Positions 51,556 through 63,499 of a stretch of DNA of 64,000 nt are shown here, piece after piece. The stretch spans positions 124,001 to 188,000 of the forward strand of contig NIVC01001405.1 in NCBI GenBank assembly GCA_002269645.1, read 5' to 3'. Origin of the DNA: Macrostomum lignano (lineage: Eukaryota). The notes below the pieces were generated by a model. It made no database searches. It was not told the DNA's origin and was given only the letters and a program-made list of their open reading frames with translations. A program made the position numbers and the translations under genes. Within the stretch, counting starts at the first letter, position 1. Every line of letters begins with the position of its first letter.

Positions 51556-54500
51556 ATGCAGGACAGTAACAACAAACAGTGCAGACATCAGCATCATCAG
51601 CACCGTCACCATCAGCATCATCATCATGGTCAGAGTCAAAGCAGCAGCCAGCAGCCGCAGCAGCAACAACAGTCAAATCAGCAACTCTCACAATCGCAAT
51701 CGCATTTGCAATTCGATCGTTTCTTCGATTTTGACTTTGCTTCGTCGAGCACCGGCACTGGCACTGCGGTTGTGAAAGTAAGCCCCCAATTATGCATCAC
51801 AGGGTCAGGAACATCTGAGGGCACTTATAATTAAAACAGTACTAGGAAGTCAGGAACTGTAGTAAGCAACAATTCATTTTAATAGAAAATTTCACGTAAC
51901 CATACGACGAGTACCATTTAACATTTAACAATACCATACCATTATAAACAAAAATATAATCATTACCGTATAAATATTTTTATCCAATGACTATTTTATC
52001 ATCATGTAGACCCTAACCTAACGTTCGTACGCTACGGGGGGCTTGATTTCCAGATGACTCACCGCTCGTTTCGTCTATATAGCACAAGCACACGCTGTTT
52101 GGGGGAGAGGGGGTCAGCTCTGCTTTCCCCCCACAGTAGGGTAAATCATCAGCTGAGAGAGACATCGAGAGGGAGAACAAAGCGGGCGCGCACAAGTGAA
52201 CGCTCCAACCCCGCGATGTGTACATTAAGATGGGGGTGTGCGTTTGATATCGACCAGTCCGGGCGAATCCACGCTCAGTCCTTATAGAACTGAAACCCCC
52301 CCCCCCCCTCGATCCACCTCTCTGCCCCCTCCACTAAAGCCCAATTTTCTTACCCTTATCACTTCAACAGCCATCTGTACGGAAAAAGTGTCCTACAAGC
52401 GCAGCCACCTCGTGCTTTAATAACAACAACAAGCGAAATTTAGCAGCCAGCGATAGTGCCAGTGGCGGCGCTGAGCCTAGTAGTGTCTCCATATCAGCGG
52501 CGCAGCCAGATAACTGTCACAGGCACAGCGATATCCATTTGCACCGGCCTCCAAATAAGGCAAAACAAGCGCAACAGCAACAGGAAGAAGAGTCCGACTG
52601 TATTGCTTTGCGTCGGAGTTTCTCTCAGATAGCGCAACGCTCCCGGCCTAATAGCTGTGCTATTAAGCTGCGCTCTTATTCCCAATCTCAATCTCAATCT
52701 TCGGCATTCGACGGCGCAGCCGATGCCGCCGCGCCTGATCCGTTCGCTTATCAGGATCGATATCCCTACAATAGCAGTGCCTGCGGCGGCGACTCCAACT
52801 TCAACAAGAGAATGAGCGCGGCTAACAATTCCAGGCGGAGCTCGCGCATTAAGCTACCCAGCACCCGGGCCGAGTCCAGAGACGAAGGCAATTTCTTTTA
52901 TCCGGCCGACAGTCTCAAATTGTACGGCCACGCGCAGCTTGTCAACTGCGAGCTCGACGATGAGTCAGACTCTGGCGCATCCAGCCTGCCTTCGTCTAAT
53001 GGTTCAACATTGAACTCTTCCTGCGCTTCCATTGATCTGGTGCGATGCAATCGGACCGCATTTGAAGGTGGGGAACTGACTGCGTGATTACTGAATTGAT
53101 ATTGATTATCTCTCTGACTCCTCAGCAGAGACTGACTCCTTTTACTGAGACTTGTACTTCTACTCGCTATACATGGCTTGACTGACTTGACTAGTTTAAC
53201 TTGCCTCACTCCGTCAGATTTTAACTTTAATTATCTGAACTTATTAAGTCTCCTCAGAGACTTGCTCCCCTCCTCAGCGACTCGTTCCCTTCCTTAGACT
53301 TTTTCCCTCCTCAGAGACTCATTCCCCTCCTCAGACTCGTTCCCCTCCTCAGAGACTCGTTCCCCTCCTCAGATACTCGTTCCCCTCCTCAGAGACTTCT
53401 TCCCCTCCTCAGAGACTCGTTCCCCTCCTCAGAGACTCATTCCCCTCCTCAGACTCGTTCCCCTCCTCAGAGACTCGTTCCCCTCCTCAGATACTCGTTC
53501 CCCTCCTCAGAGACTTCTTCCCCTCCTCAGAGACTCGTTCCCCTCCTCAGAGACTCGTTTCCCTCCTCAGAGACTTCTTCCCCCGCTCAGAGACTCGTTC
53601 CCCTCCTAAAAGAAATGCACTGTACACTAAAATTAGGCATGATGCAGTACTGCAATTTGCAAATCTTGCACAGGCTTGACCACTCACTGAACTGTCAGTC
53701 TTGTCTCAGTTGTTTGTAGCCACAGTCACGACAACCAGGCATGACTGACAGCTGCAGAACATGACATGAAATTTATTTATAGCAATGCTGCATTGCTTTG
53801 ATCATTTGTTTGTTTATTCTGTGCTGCCTGCTTTCACTTATCAGGAAATTGGCATTAATAGAAGTTATCTGGAGTACACGACAAGTATTTGCTCGCACTC
53901 TTATTTAAGCTGCTCAAATTTTTATGGCTTGAGAAATTATGAAAACCGGAAAAGATAAGACCAGACAAAAATAAGACAGAAGTTTGATGCAAAACTTCTG
54001 AAATCACTGACGACTAGGCTGAAGAGACAATCCAGGGAACATGATGAATAATTGACTTGAACATTTGCACTGGCCTAATGTACATCCTCAGTAGGTCCTG
54101 TACATCGCCAGTAGCAGTCCGCTAACATTCGCTAGCAGAGGGCAGGGAAGGAAGGGTGAGGCTGACCCTGCCCTACAATCCCGGACTTTTTTGTACGCTC
54201 CATCCAAAACTGCTCCGTCAGGGCCTTTATAGTCTAGCCTGACTAACCCAGCTTTGCATAGCCTTTGAAAATCCTTTCCCCAGCGGGGGGGGACAGATCA
54301 GATGAGGGATTTGGGAAAGGGGAAGAGAGGGGAATCGGGTGCGAGAGAGAGAATGAGGTCGGTCCGATCCGAGTGCAAAATTCTATTTGCGAGTAGATGA
54401 GGATAATCCATAGGCCTGGAGGCTTTCGGCCTGTATTTGATGACGGATCGGACCGGGATTCCTATGCCACTATACGCGTCTTTATGATGGCAGTTTTTGT

Positions 54501-57500
54501 CACTAACACCGCTAGGAACCATCGGGCAGCATCGTCAAATGGCTCAGCTAAAAACTTTCAGCCAGATGGATTTAGTTCAGTTTAGATGGATTTAGTTCAG
54601 TTTAGGTAGTACCTAATAGGTAGGTTTATTTCAATTTAGGTGAGTTTAGTTCATTTTATATGGATTTAGTTTAGTTTAGGTAGTACCTAATAGGTAGGTT
54701 TATTTCAATTTAGGTGGGTTTAGTTCAGTTTAGATGGGTTTAGTTCAGTTTAGGTAAGTTTAGTTCAGTTTAGATGGATTTAGTTCAGTTTAGGTGGGGT
54801 TTAGTTCAGTTTAGATGGGTTTAGTTCAGTTTAGATGGGTTTAGTTCAGTTTAGATGGATTTAGTTCAGTTTAGGTGGGTTTAGTTCAGTTTAGATAGAT
54901 TTCCACTACATCAGAAACATTTTAGTTCAGTCCCGTGTTGGGGAAGCAACAAAGAAAATATTAATATTATTTTTTCGAATGAACTGTACAGAAGCCTTGT
55001 ACAGTCACTATTGGTGGTTTCTTGAAGAAAATAGTCTGATATCAGCAATGTCCCTTGAGCCTTGCGTACTGTTTTTAAAAGTTGATTTTTAATCTGACTT
55101 TCCAACGCCTCCCACTTTCAAGCAGCTTCCTCGGGCTCTCCGCAGCATCGACGAATCTCCAGCAGCGAAGACCAGCCGGCTGCCTCTCAGCATCCTCAAC
55201 CTCATCACCAGCATCCTACTCAGCAGCCGCACCTGCTGGCCGAGTTTAGCAAGTTCAAGAATGACAGCGGCACCTTCACGGACTCCGAGATGTCGCCGGA
55301 ATTCCGCGGCTGCACACCTGACAAGGTTGGTCACTTTTTAATCTTGACCAGATTCCTAGGACTAGTTCTCCTTGGTCAGCTTTTTATCTCACTCTGTCGT
55401 TGGGTCAGTCCTGTCTGGGGGGTGACTCATCCTCAGCGCTGAGTGCACAGTTGGGTCTCACTCAAGTTTTACAATTCACAGTCATTGACAAGCCTGCCCA
55501 GGCTCTATCATGATTCATTAGTCTGAGTTCCACGCTGGCAGTGTCCAAGTGCATGTGTGCACTATCTGCAATAGCGCTTGAGGGCTCGGTCTTGGCTGCA
55601 AAGTGGCTTTACTTGTGCGCTGCTCAGGCTCAGGTTCTCAGTTGCTACATTGGCTATACCGTAGAGCTTTCGGCTTGGCTTACTGTTATTAAAGCGCTAA
55701 ATTGGCCAAATTGCACCTGCCACTATGGGCTTACTATAAGGCTTTAACTATTTATTATAACTAACTATGCAGCACAACCAGCCAAGTATAAAACACAGTT
55801 TCCACACGGCGCGACTGGCTACAAAAAGAATTAATTAAAAATCATACTTGTGTAGCTTGTGTATTTTCCATAGTGTTAACTGGATCTGCCGGTTCCAGCC
55901 CAATTCGGAATACACTTCCTTTTTTTAGCGTAGTTCGCAGCCGTAGTTTCCCCTGCGCATGCTGCGTTGGTGCTGCATTCTACAGCTGGAATATGATTTG
56001 CATTTAGCGCCCGCAGCCAGCGCCACACTGCTGGATGGCTGCGCAGTTGCCAGTTTTCTCTTCGCTTAGCCTACAGACCGACTCAAATTTCACGGCATTA
56101 TGCGTGCCTTCATGGCTAACTGATTTCGGGGGGGGGGGGTATTTCTTCTTCAAATTGACCTCCCAAGACTGGTTTAACCAGCCAGCTCGTCTGTTCAAGT
56201 GTTGCAGCTGTGGGCTTGCTGGTCATTCTCACGAGTTTCTCCAGTTTCCTGGCTCTTTGCACAGGGGGCAGGTTCTATAACTCTGCAATCTCATAAATCT
56301 GGGAGCTCAATAATCAGTTCAATTTGACCTAACAAAGAGTTTTACCTGCATCTGACTTTCATGAACGTTTCTCGCTTTGCTACCTCTGACTCTCCCTCAT
56401 ACATGCGCAACCTCTAAAATTCGGTCGGCCGTGCGACTTAGTTTTAACAAAATGCGACATAGTTTTTGGCCAAAAATGCGACTTACATGTAAAAAAAACC
56501 CTAAAGCAAAATTAACGCAACTTTGGGTAAACGGCAGGAGTAACTATGACTGTCTTATTAAGTCAAAATGCCTCGTCAGCTACTTAGTACTACTACTTGG
56601 GTGTTTTTTTGGGTGGGCATTTTTGCGACTTCCTTGGTTGGCCGCCAAATCGGTCGGCCGGATCGGCCGACTCGGCCGACTGTTGCGCATATATGCTCTC
56701 CCTTCTCATTCCCTACTCCTTAGCTCTACATCCACCTACCCTGACTCTATCCCTTCTCACTCCCTACTCCTTAGCTCTACATCCACCTACCCTGACTCTA
56801 TCCCTTCTCACTCCCTACTCCTTAGCTCTACATCCACCTACCCTGACTCTATCCCTTCTCACTCCCTACTCCTTAGCTCTACATCCACCTACCCTGACTC
56901 TATCCCTTCTCACTCCCTACTCCTTAGCTCTACATCCACCTACCCTGACTCTATCCCTTCTCACTCCCTACTCCTTAGCTCTACATCCACCTACCCTGAC
57001 TCTATCCCTTCTCACTCCCTACTCCTTAGCTCTACATCCACCTACCCTGACTCTATCCCTTCTCACTCCCTACTCCTTAGCTCTACATCCACCTACCCTG
57101 ACTCTATCCCTTCTCATTCCCTACTCCTTAGCTCTACATCCACCTACCCTGACTCTATCCCTTCTCACTCCCTACTCCTTAGCTCTACATCCACCTACCC
57201 TGACTCTATCCCTTCTCATTCTCACTCCCTACTCCTTAGCTCTACATCCACCTACCCTGACTCTATCCCTTCTCACTCCCTACTCCTTAGCTCTAGATCA
57301 ACCTAGCCCCAGCTCTGCCTCTCCTTTCCCTTTACCTCTCCCCCCTCAACCTCCCCCTTCTGCCTCCCTCCCCCTCTGCCTCCCTCTTCTGCCTCCCTCC
57401 CCCTCTGCCTCCCTCTCCGAATCTACGTGTACTCATCTCCCCTTCTTTTCTCCCTCTTTTCCGCCTCACTCTCCGGAGATCAGGGGCCTCTTTTCCCTCC

Positions 57501-59120
57501 CCACAACATAGCGCCAGCCCCGATAGCCCCAACATAAAGCTTTGGAAGTTCAAGCCGCTGCAATTACACAGTCTGCACCGAAGTTATCGTAATTATAAAA
57601 AACCATTTTGTGGTTTACTAGTAAGAGCCTTAATTACGACTAAACCCTGTTAAATTTTAAACTGTTCGGCTGGTAATCTATAAGCCTGTCTAGGCCTAGT
57701 ATGGGCTGGTTAGCTAGCTGCTGTTGAGAATGTACATGCACTATAACATTGATAATGTGTATTCTAATGTTTAAGTTAGAAGTGGCGCTTAAACTCAGTC
57801 ACATAGTCTGATTGGAGTCGGCTGGCATGCCGGACAGCCGGATGTAAAATTGGCTGCGTGTCATGTCTCCAGGCGGGGTTGGCGAGACTATATTATTTAT
57901 AGTTTATATTCTATAATATTTTGTGTGCCAGGCCCAGACAAGGTGTCACCATTTTAACAGTCCAGGCACCCGATAACGTGCTTTTGTATCCGGGATTCCC
58001 GTGATCGGGGAACGATAGGGATCAGAATCCTATGGTTTCCAATAGGGATCAGAATCCTATTATTTCCAATAGGGATCAGAATCCTATGGTTTCCAATAGG
58101 GATCAGAATCCTATGGTTTCCAATAGGGATCAGAATCCTATGCTTTCCAATAGGGATCAGAATCATATGCTTTCCAATAGGGATCAGAATCCTATGGTTT
58201 CCAATAGGGATCAGAATCCTATGCTTTCCAATAGGGATCAGAATCCTATGGTTTCCTATAGGGAGCAGAATCCTCTGGTTTCCAATAGGGATCAGAATCC
58301 TATGGTTTCCTATAGGGATCAGAATCCTATGCTTTCCAATAGGGATCAGAATCCTCTGGTTTCCAATAGGGATCAGAATACTATGATTTCCAATAGGGAT
58401 CAGAATCCCATGGTTTCCAATAGGGATCAGAATACTATGATTTCCAATAGGGATCAGAATCCTATGATTTCCAATCGGGATCAGAATCCTATGAAATCCA
58501 ATAGGGATCAGAATCCCCACCCTTCAGCAAGGGATCAGAATCCCACCCATTACAATAAGGATCAGAATCCCGGCCCTTATTTCCAGCACACCACACAACT
58601 TAAAAAGCATGCTCACAGAGCAGAGACGAGACTCACTGTCCTCACTTACCCCACTGCACCAGGACGCCACCCCAACCAAGCAACAGCAGCAGGCGGAGGA
58701 GTCTCCCGAACCACCCGGCAACCTGTCCGATGCGTCAATCAAGAGCCGCAGCACCTTAAACAGCATAGTCACCGTCATCGAGAGGACGCGTCGACGCTCC
58801 GGCAGCGGCCAGCAGCAGCCGCAGCAGCAGCTCGTCCTCCTGCCCGACTCCGACAGCAACGGCGAGAGCGACGGCGACGAAGGCGGCAGTCCGCGCTGCC
58901 AGCTTCGCCGAAGCCAGCAGCAAAGCAAGCAGTCCGGGCAAAAGCAGCGAAAACAGCCGCAGCAGTCCTCGGGTGACCGGTCGTCTTCGTCGACGCTCGA
59001 CGGCGACGAAGAGGTGCCGGCGTCGCCGACCTCCCCTGAAGAGGCCGGAGCTGCTACCGCCGCATCCGCTGAGGACTTCGATGATAAGGATGGAGCGGAG
59101 TCTGAGGTGGGCTTGATGAA

Positions 59121-59181
<61 letters not shown>

Positions 59182-59214
59182 GTCTGTCTGTCTGTCTGTC
59201 TGTCTCTGTCTGTC

Positions 59215-59255
<41 letters not shown>

Positions 59256-59352
59256 GTGTCTGTCTGTCTGTCTGTCTGTCTGCCTATCTGCCTGTCTGTC
59301 TGTCTGTCTGTCTGTCTCTGTCTGTCTGTCTGTCTGTCTGTCTCTGTCTGTC

Positions 59353-59393
<41 letters not shown>

Positions 59394-59394
59394 G

Positions 59395-59435
<41 letters not shown>

Positions 59436-59458
59436 GCCTATCTGCCTGTCTGTCTGCC

Positions 59459-59510
<52 letters not shown>

Positions 59511-60803
59511 CGCACGTCTATCCTAATTCCTGTCCGCCTGTAGGCCTCCGACCTCACCAGCGTCTCGGCGGCCGGGGCCTGGGACTACAGCCTCATCCGC
59601 TCGCAGCTGCAGTACGAGTTCAACACCTGGGACCGGCCGGCCATTCGCACCTTCGGCATCCGCGTCCGCGAGATCCAGTGCCCGCCCTCCGAGACCGTCA
59701 TCGCCGGCTGGTCGGACGAGGAGCTGCTCGCCAGGGTCCGCCAGCTCGGCCGCCTCCGCGGCGCCGCCGTCCGCCTCAACCCGGCGACGCGGCAGTTCAG
59801 CGGCCGGGTCCGCGTGCACGTCAACCTGATCCGGCCCATCCGGCTCGGCCGCTCGGAGCTGCCGCAGCTGGTGCCGAGGGGTCAGAGCCGCCTGCTGCAG
59901 ATCACCAGCGCTGTGCGCAGCCAGGAGGTCGTGCAGGCGCTGCTCACCGCCCTGCAGGTCAAGGAGCAGGCCTACAAGTTTGCCCTGTATGAGCACTCCA
60001 TTGAGGGGGACAAGTCGGGTGAGTGGAGACTGGGATTCGGGATTTGTGGATGATGGGGATTTTGGATGCTGCGGATTCGGGATTTATGGATGTTGGGGAT
60101 TTGGGACTTCTGGATGCTGGGGATTCGGGTTTTCTGGATGCTGGGGATTCGGGATTCTGGATGCTGGGGATTCGGGATTCTGGATGCTGGGGATTCGCGA
60201 TTCTGGATGCTGGGGATTCGGGATTTCTGGATGCTGGGCATTCGGGATTTCTGGATGCTGGGGATTCGGGATTCTGGATGCTGGGGATTCGGGATTCTGG
60301 ATGCTGGGGATTCGCGATTCTGGATGCTGGGGATTCGCGATTCTGGATGCTGGGGATTCGGGATTTCTGGATGCTGGGCATTCGGGATTTCTGGATTCGG
60401 CATCATTAGAGGTGCTGGATAAAGTACTTTAGGTTTTAAAGTAATGCTGCATTTAATGCTGTATATCCATAATTTCCACTATGATCTTCGAAACAGAGGC
60501 CAATTGTATGCTTTTCTGGTCCCGCGTCACCCCTTCCCAGTGACCTTCCGTCGGCTGCACCCCACCGAGAGCCCGCTGGCCCTGGTGCTGTCCTGGCTGC
60601 ACGGCACCTCAGCGGTGGCGGACGGCTCCTCCGAAGACGATGGAAGCTCCGTGTTCGAAAGAAAGAAAATTGTGCTGCAGGAGAACGACTCGGGCCTGGT
60701 TAATGTGAGTTCTGGGCACCGCCTGTGCATTGCGGCTGCAATAAGGCAAGCAGACATACAGACAGGCAGACAGACAGACAGACAGACAGATAGACAGAAA
60801 GAA

Positions 60804-60838
<35 letters not shown>

Positions 60839-60974
60839 GAGAAGTCCAGCAGACAGACAGACAGACAGACAGCCAGGCAGACAGACAGACAGGCAGACAG
60901 ACAGACAGACAGAGAGGCAGACAGACAGACAGACAGACAGGCAGACAGACAGACAGACAGACAGACAGAGAGGC

Positions 60975-61013
<39 letters not shown>

Positions 61014-61197
61014 GAGAAGTCCAGCAGACAGACAGACAGACAGACAGCCAGGCAGACAGACAGACAGGCAGACAGACAGACAGACAGAGAGGCAGACAGA
61101 CAGCCAGGCAGACAGACAGACAGGCAGACAGACAGACAGACAGAGAGGCAGACAGACAGACAGACAGGCAGGCAGACAGACAGACAGACAGACAGGC

Positions 61198-61240
<43 letters not shown>

Positions 61241-61570
61241 GAGAAGTCCAGACAGACAGACAGACAGCCAGGCAGACAGACAGACAGGCAGACAGACAGA
61301 GAGGCAGACAGACAGACAGACAGACAGACAGGCAGACAGACAGACAGACAGACAGACAGACCAGCAGACGCAGCCGGCTCCTTCCCCAATCCGCAGTGGT
61401 CGGCCTTCTCCGTGCCAGAGCTCAGCAACTTCCTGCACATCCTGCAGCGGGAAGAGTCAGAGTACCGCGAGTCCATCCAGCTCAAGTACCTGCTTGTGAA
61501 GCGGGAGATGCGGCGCCGCCTGAGGCAGCTGGACAAGCAGAAGCAGGCGCTGGAGGATGACTGGCCGTAG
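51556..61570 (+). CDS. RASSF: Ras-association domain family protein (RASSF1/3/5-type, RA + C-terminal SARAH), predicted 7 exons, about 791 aa
   Basis: Exons 51556-51777, 52371-53067, 55126-55325, 58663-59106, 59544-60018, 60541-60704, 61397-61570 (2376 nt, GT-AG, phases match). [22 protein letters not shown]...[18 protein letters not shown]|[20 protein letters not shown] match RASSF1/5. The last three exons are secure; the first four are inferred from phase and Q/H/S-rich coding character. Confidence 0.85.
53255..53610. repeat. 20-bp minisatellite (CTCAGAGACTCGTTCCCCTC)n, RASSF intron 2
   Basis: Direct reading. Confidence 0.92.
54565..54900. repeat. 20-bp minisatellite (TTTAGTTCAGTTTAGATGGA)n with variants, RASSF intron 2
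   Basis: Direct reading. Confidence 0.88.
56398..56695. mobile_element. 298-bp hAT-type MITE
   Basis: 14-bp TIRs CATACATGCGCAAC / CATATATGCGCAAC (13/14); exact 8-bp direct repeat CTCTCCCT at 56390-56397 and 56696-56703. Confidence 0.8.
56698..57295. repeat. 51-bp pyrimidine-rich minisatellite, about 11.5 near-identical copies, RASSF intron 3
   Basis: 17-aa periodic spurious ORF ([17 protein letters not shown]). Confidence 0.95.
58015..58570. repeat. 27-bp minisatellite (TCCAATAGGGATCAGAATCCTATGGTT)n, RASSF intron 3
   Basis: Direct reading, about 20 copies. Confidence 0.94.
59121..59510 (+). repeat. (TCTG)n microsatellite in RASSF intron 59107-59543
   Basis: Direct reading. Confidence 0.97.
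60030..60400. repeat. 23-24-bp minisatellite (CTGGATGCTGGGGATTCGGGATT)n in RASSF intron 60019-60540
   Basis: Direct reading. Confidence 0.92.
60751..61369 (+). repeat. (CAGA)n microsatellite in RASSF intron 60705-61396
   Basis: Direct reading; it is the reverse complement of the array at 59121-59510. Confidence 0.97.
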
Positions 61571-62559
61571 GCGGCCGTTGCAAGCAGCTGCTGATCCAGC
61601 AATTTCCTGTGTAAAAATGCGCATCTCCCTCAGCCTCTACTCGGCATCGTCCGAAACTCTTTCAAAGAGCTCGCATGCTGTTTCCAGTTCTCAACTTCCA
61701 CACGCCTCATCTGTGTACTTTTATTTAATTGCGACTGCCTGCAACAGGTGAGCAGATATTGGCTGCCCAGCCGCAATTTTGATTGGCTGCTCAATGCTGA
61801 CGGTTTCTGTATGAACTGAATGAACTTTTTGTATTTAAAAAATTATAAATCGTAGCCTATGTACGCCACTGTGACTACTTACTGAAAGTAGCTTAAAACA
61901 AAATATTTTTGTGTCTGCTAAATTAAAAGAATCTTTTTTTCTGCCGTTCGCCCCTGCAACCGGTTTCTGCTAATTAAGTTCTTCTGTGTGCTAAAAGTTT
62001 AATGTTATAACTTTAGAAATATATTGCCCACCGGTTGAGTACTTCGGAATTGGACAGCTCAAATCACTGCATCCTTTTGCTTGAATTTCTCGTTGCTCAG
62101 TAATACTACTTGTAAATGTAAGTAGTATCAGGATTTTTTAAGCGATCAGGTTCCGCCTACGATGAAAGGTAGATACCGATAGATAATAGATAGATAGATA
62201 GATAGATAAATATATGCATGTGGATAGACAGATAAGATATATATTCGGTGCATGTAGATAGATTAGGTGCATGTATGTCCTAGGGCTTACTTCTGTCTTA
62301 ATAAATAATCATACTAATTCCACCAAAGTTGACATAGGGGTTTTGGCTCTCTCCTTGTCTAGCGTTCTTAGTAAACTTGGCCTGAGCGGTCTTACTGGTA
62401 TACTTCGAAGTATGTACTATTCTCCAGGCGGGGCGCGTTACCGGAGATTAGAGGGTCACGGCGCTTACTCTAAACGTGTACTTTTAATGCATGTACTCCA
62501 TTGGTCTATACTCCTGATCACCTCAGTGAGTTTCTCCGAGTACTTCTTTCTTATTGCAA

Positions 62560-62702
62560 AATGATTGAATCTGAGAACCATCTTTAGTGAAGATTTCTGA
62601 TCGAACAGTGCAAGTTTGAACAAAATCGGTCCAGCCATTTTTTCTCTAATCGATCACATAGATAGATAGATAGACACAGACAGACCATTTTTAGTATATA
62701 GG
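62560..62702 (+). mobile_element. Possible 3' end of a non-autonomous Helitron/Helentron-type element
   Basis: AAGTTTGAACAAAATCGGTCCAGCCATTTT, a short (ATAG/ACAG)n tract, then TTTTAGTATATAG; this layout resembles insect Helitron-like short elements as recalled. No hairpin or 5' end was verified. Confidence 0.35.
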
Positions 62703-63011
62703 ACGTTTTGAAGCTTATAGCAAGCAAACGAGTTATCTTTTCTTCCCTAAAATTCGCTTCTTATACTAAATCACAAAGATTTTAACAAAAGAATATCAAA
62801 TTCGCGCTATAATTTTAAAGCAACATTTTCTAGAAATAAAGGTACCGTTCAAGGACCACTTAAGTAACAACCGTGGTCCTTGGTACCGCTATTACTGTAC
62901 ATGTACATGTAGGTATAGTTGGATGAATTAAGGTAAAAAACTTATTTGCAGGATATTTAGCAACTAGATTGATGAAATCAAATGTCAAAGCAAAAATGAT
63001 GCAGCGCAGCA

Positions 63012-63340
63012 TCAGCCCTGAATGTAGTAATCGCCGAATCGAACCCGGGGCCTTCGAAATCCGCGACCGCCCATTGTGTTGCGCAGCTGCTCGTTGGGCG
63101 AGTACTTCGGCTTGGGCCGCTCCAATTTCACCTCCGGGATGTCCGGATTGGACCAGATGTCCTTCAGGTCGTTGAGGTTCTCCGGGGTCATGGTGGGGTC
63201 AGGTATCGCCGGCTCCTCCGCATCGACCTCAGCTGATCCTCCGGTGTCGCCACCGCTTCCGCCGCCGCTTCCGCCATCGACATCACCGGCAGGGTCGGGC
63301 AGCAGGTCGTCCAAATCGTCGTCGCTGTTTTCAGCGGAGG
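63012..63340 (-). CDS. Terminal coding exon of an unidentified gene that continues beyond the window (acidic/Gly-rich, ending ...GGRGFRRPRVRFGDYYIQG*)
   Basis: GC-rich open frame with the same codon style as the other exons, stop TGA at 63012-63014, candidate acceptor gttgaag| at 63341, minisatellite-filled intron upstream. Family not recognised. Confidence 0.6.
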
Positions 63341-63499
63341 CTTCAACAGGAGGGGTGAAATTTGAAGTCAGAGCAGCGATGAAACACCGGAGCGCAGATA
63401 GGGGAGTGAAATTGGGATGAGTTTAGAGACTCGAAATTCAGAGTGACATTGAAATTAGAAATGGTGGCGCAATAGAGTGCCATTGAAGTTTGAGTGACA

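Noticed and set aside
62841-62887. Small hairpin AAGGACCAC...GTGGTCCTT flanked by GGTACC
   Set aside because: A 9-bp stem is too short to distinguish from chance, and no element boundary was identified.
63001-63014. Selenocysteine read-through at the G-TGA end, as in SELENOS/SELENOK
   Set aside because: Read-through would continue CCAASFLL, unlike the Sec-Gly-stop pattern, and I saw no SECIS element.
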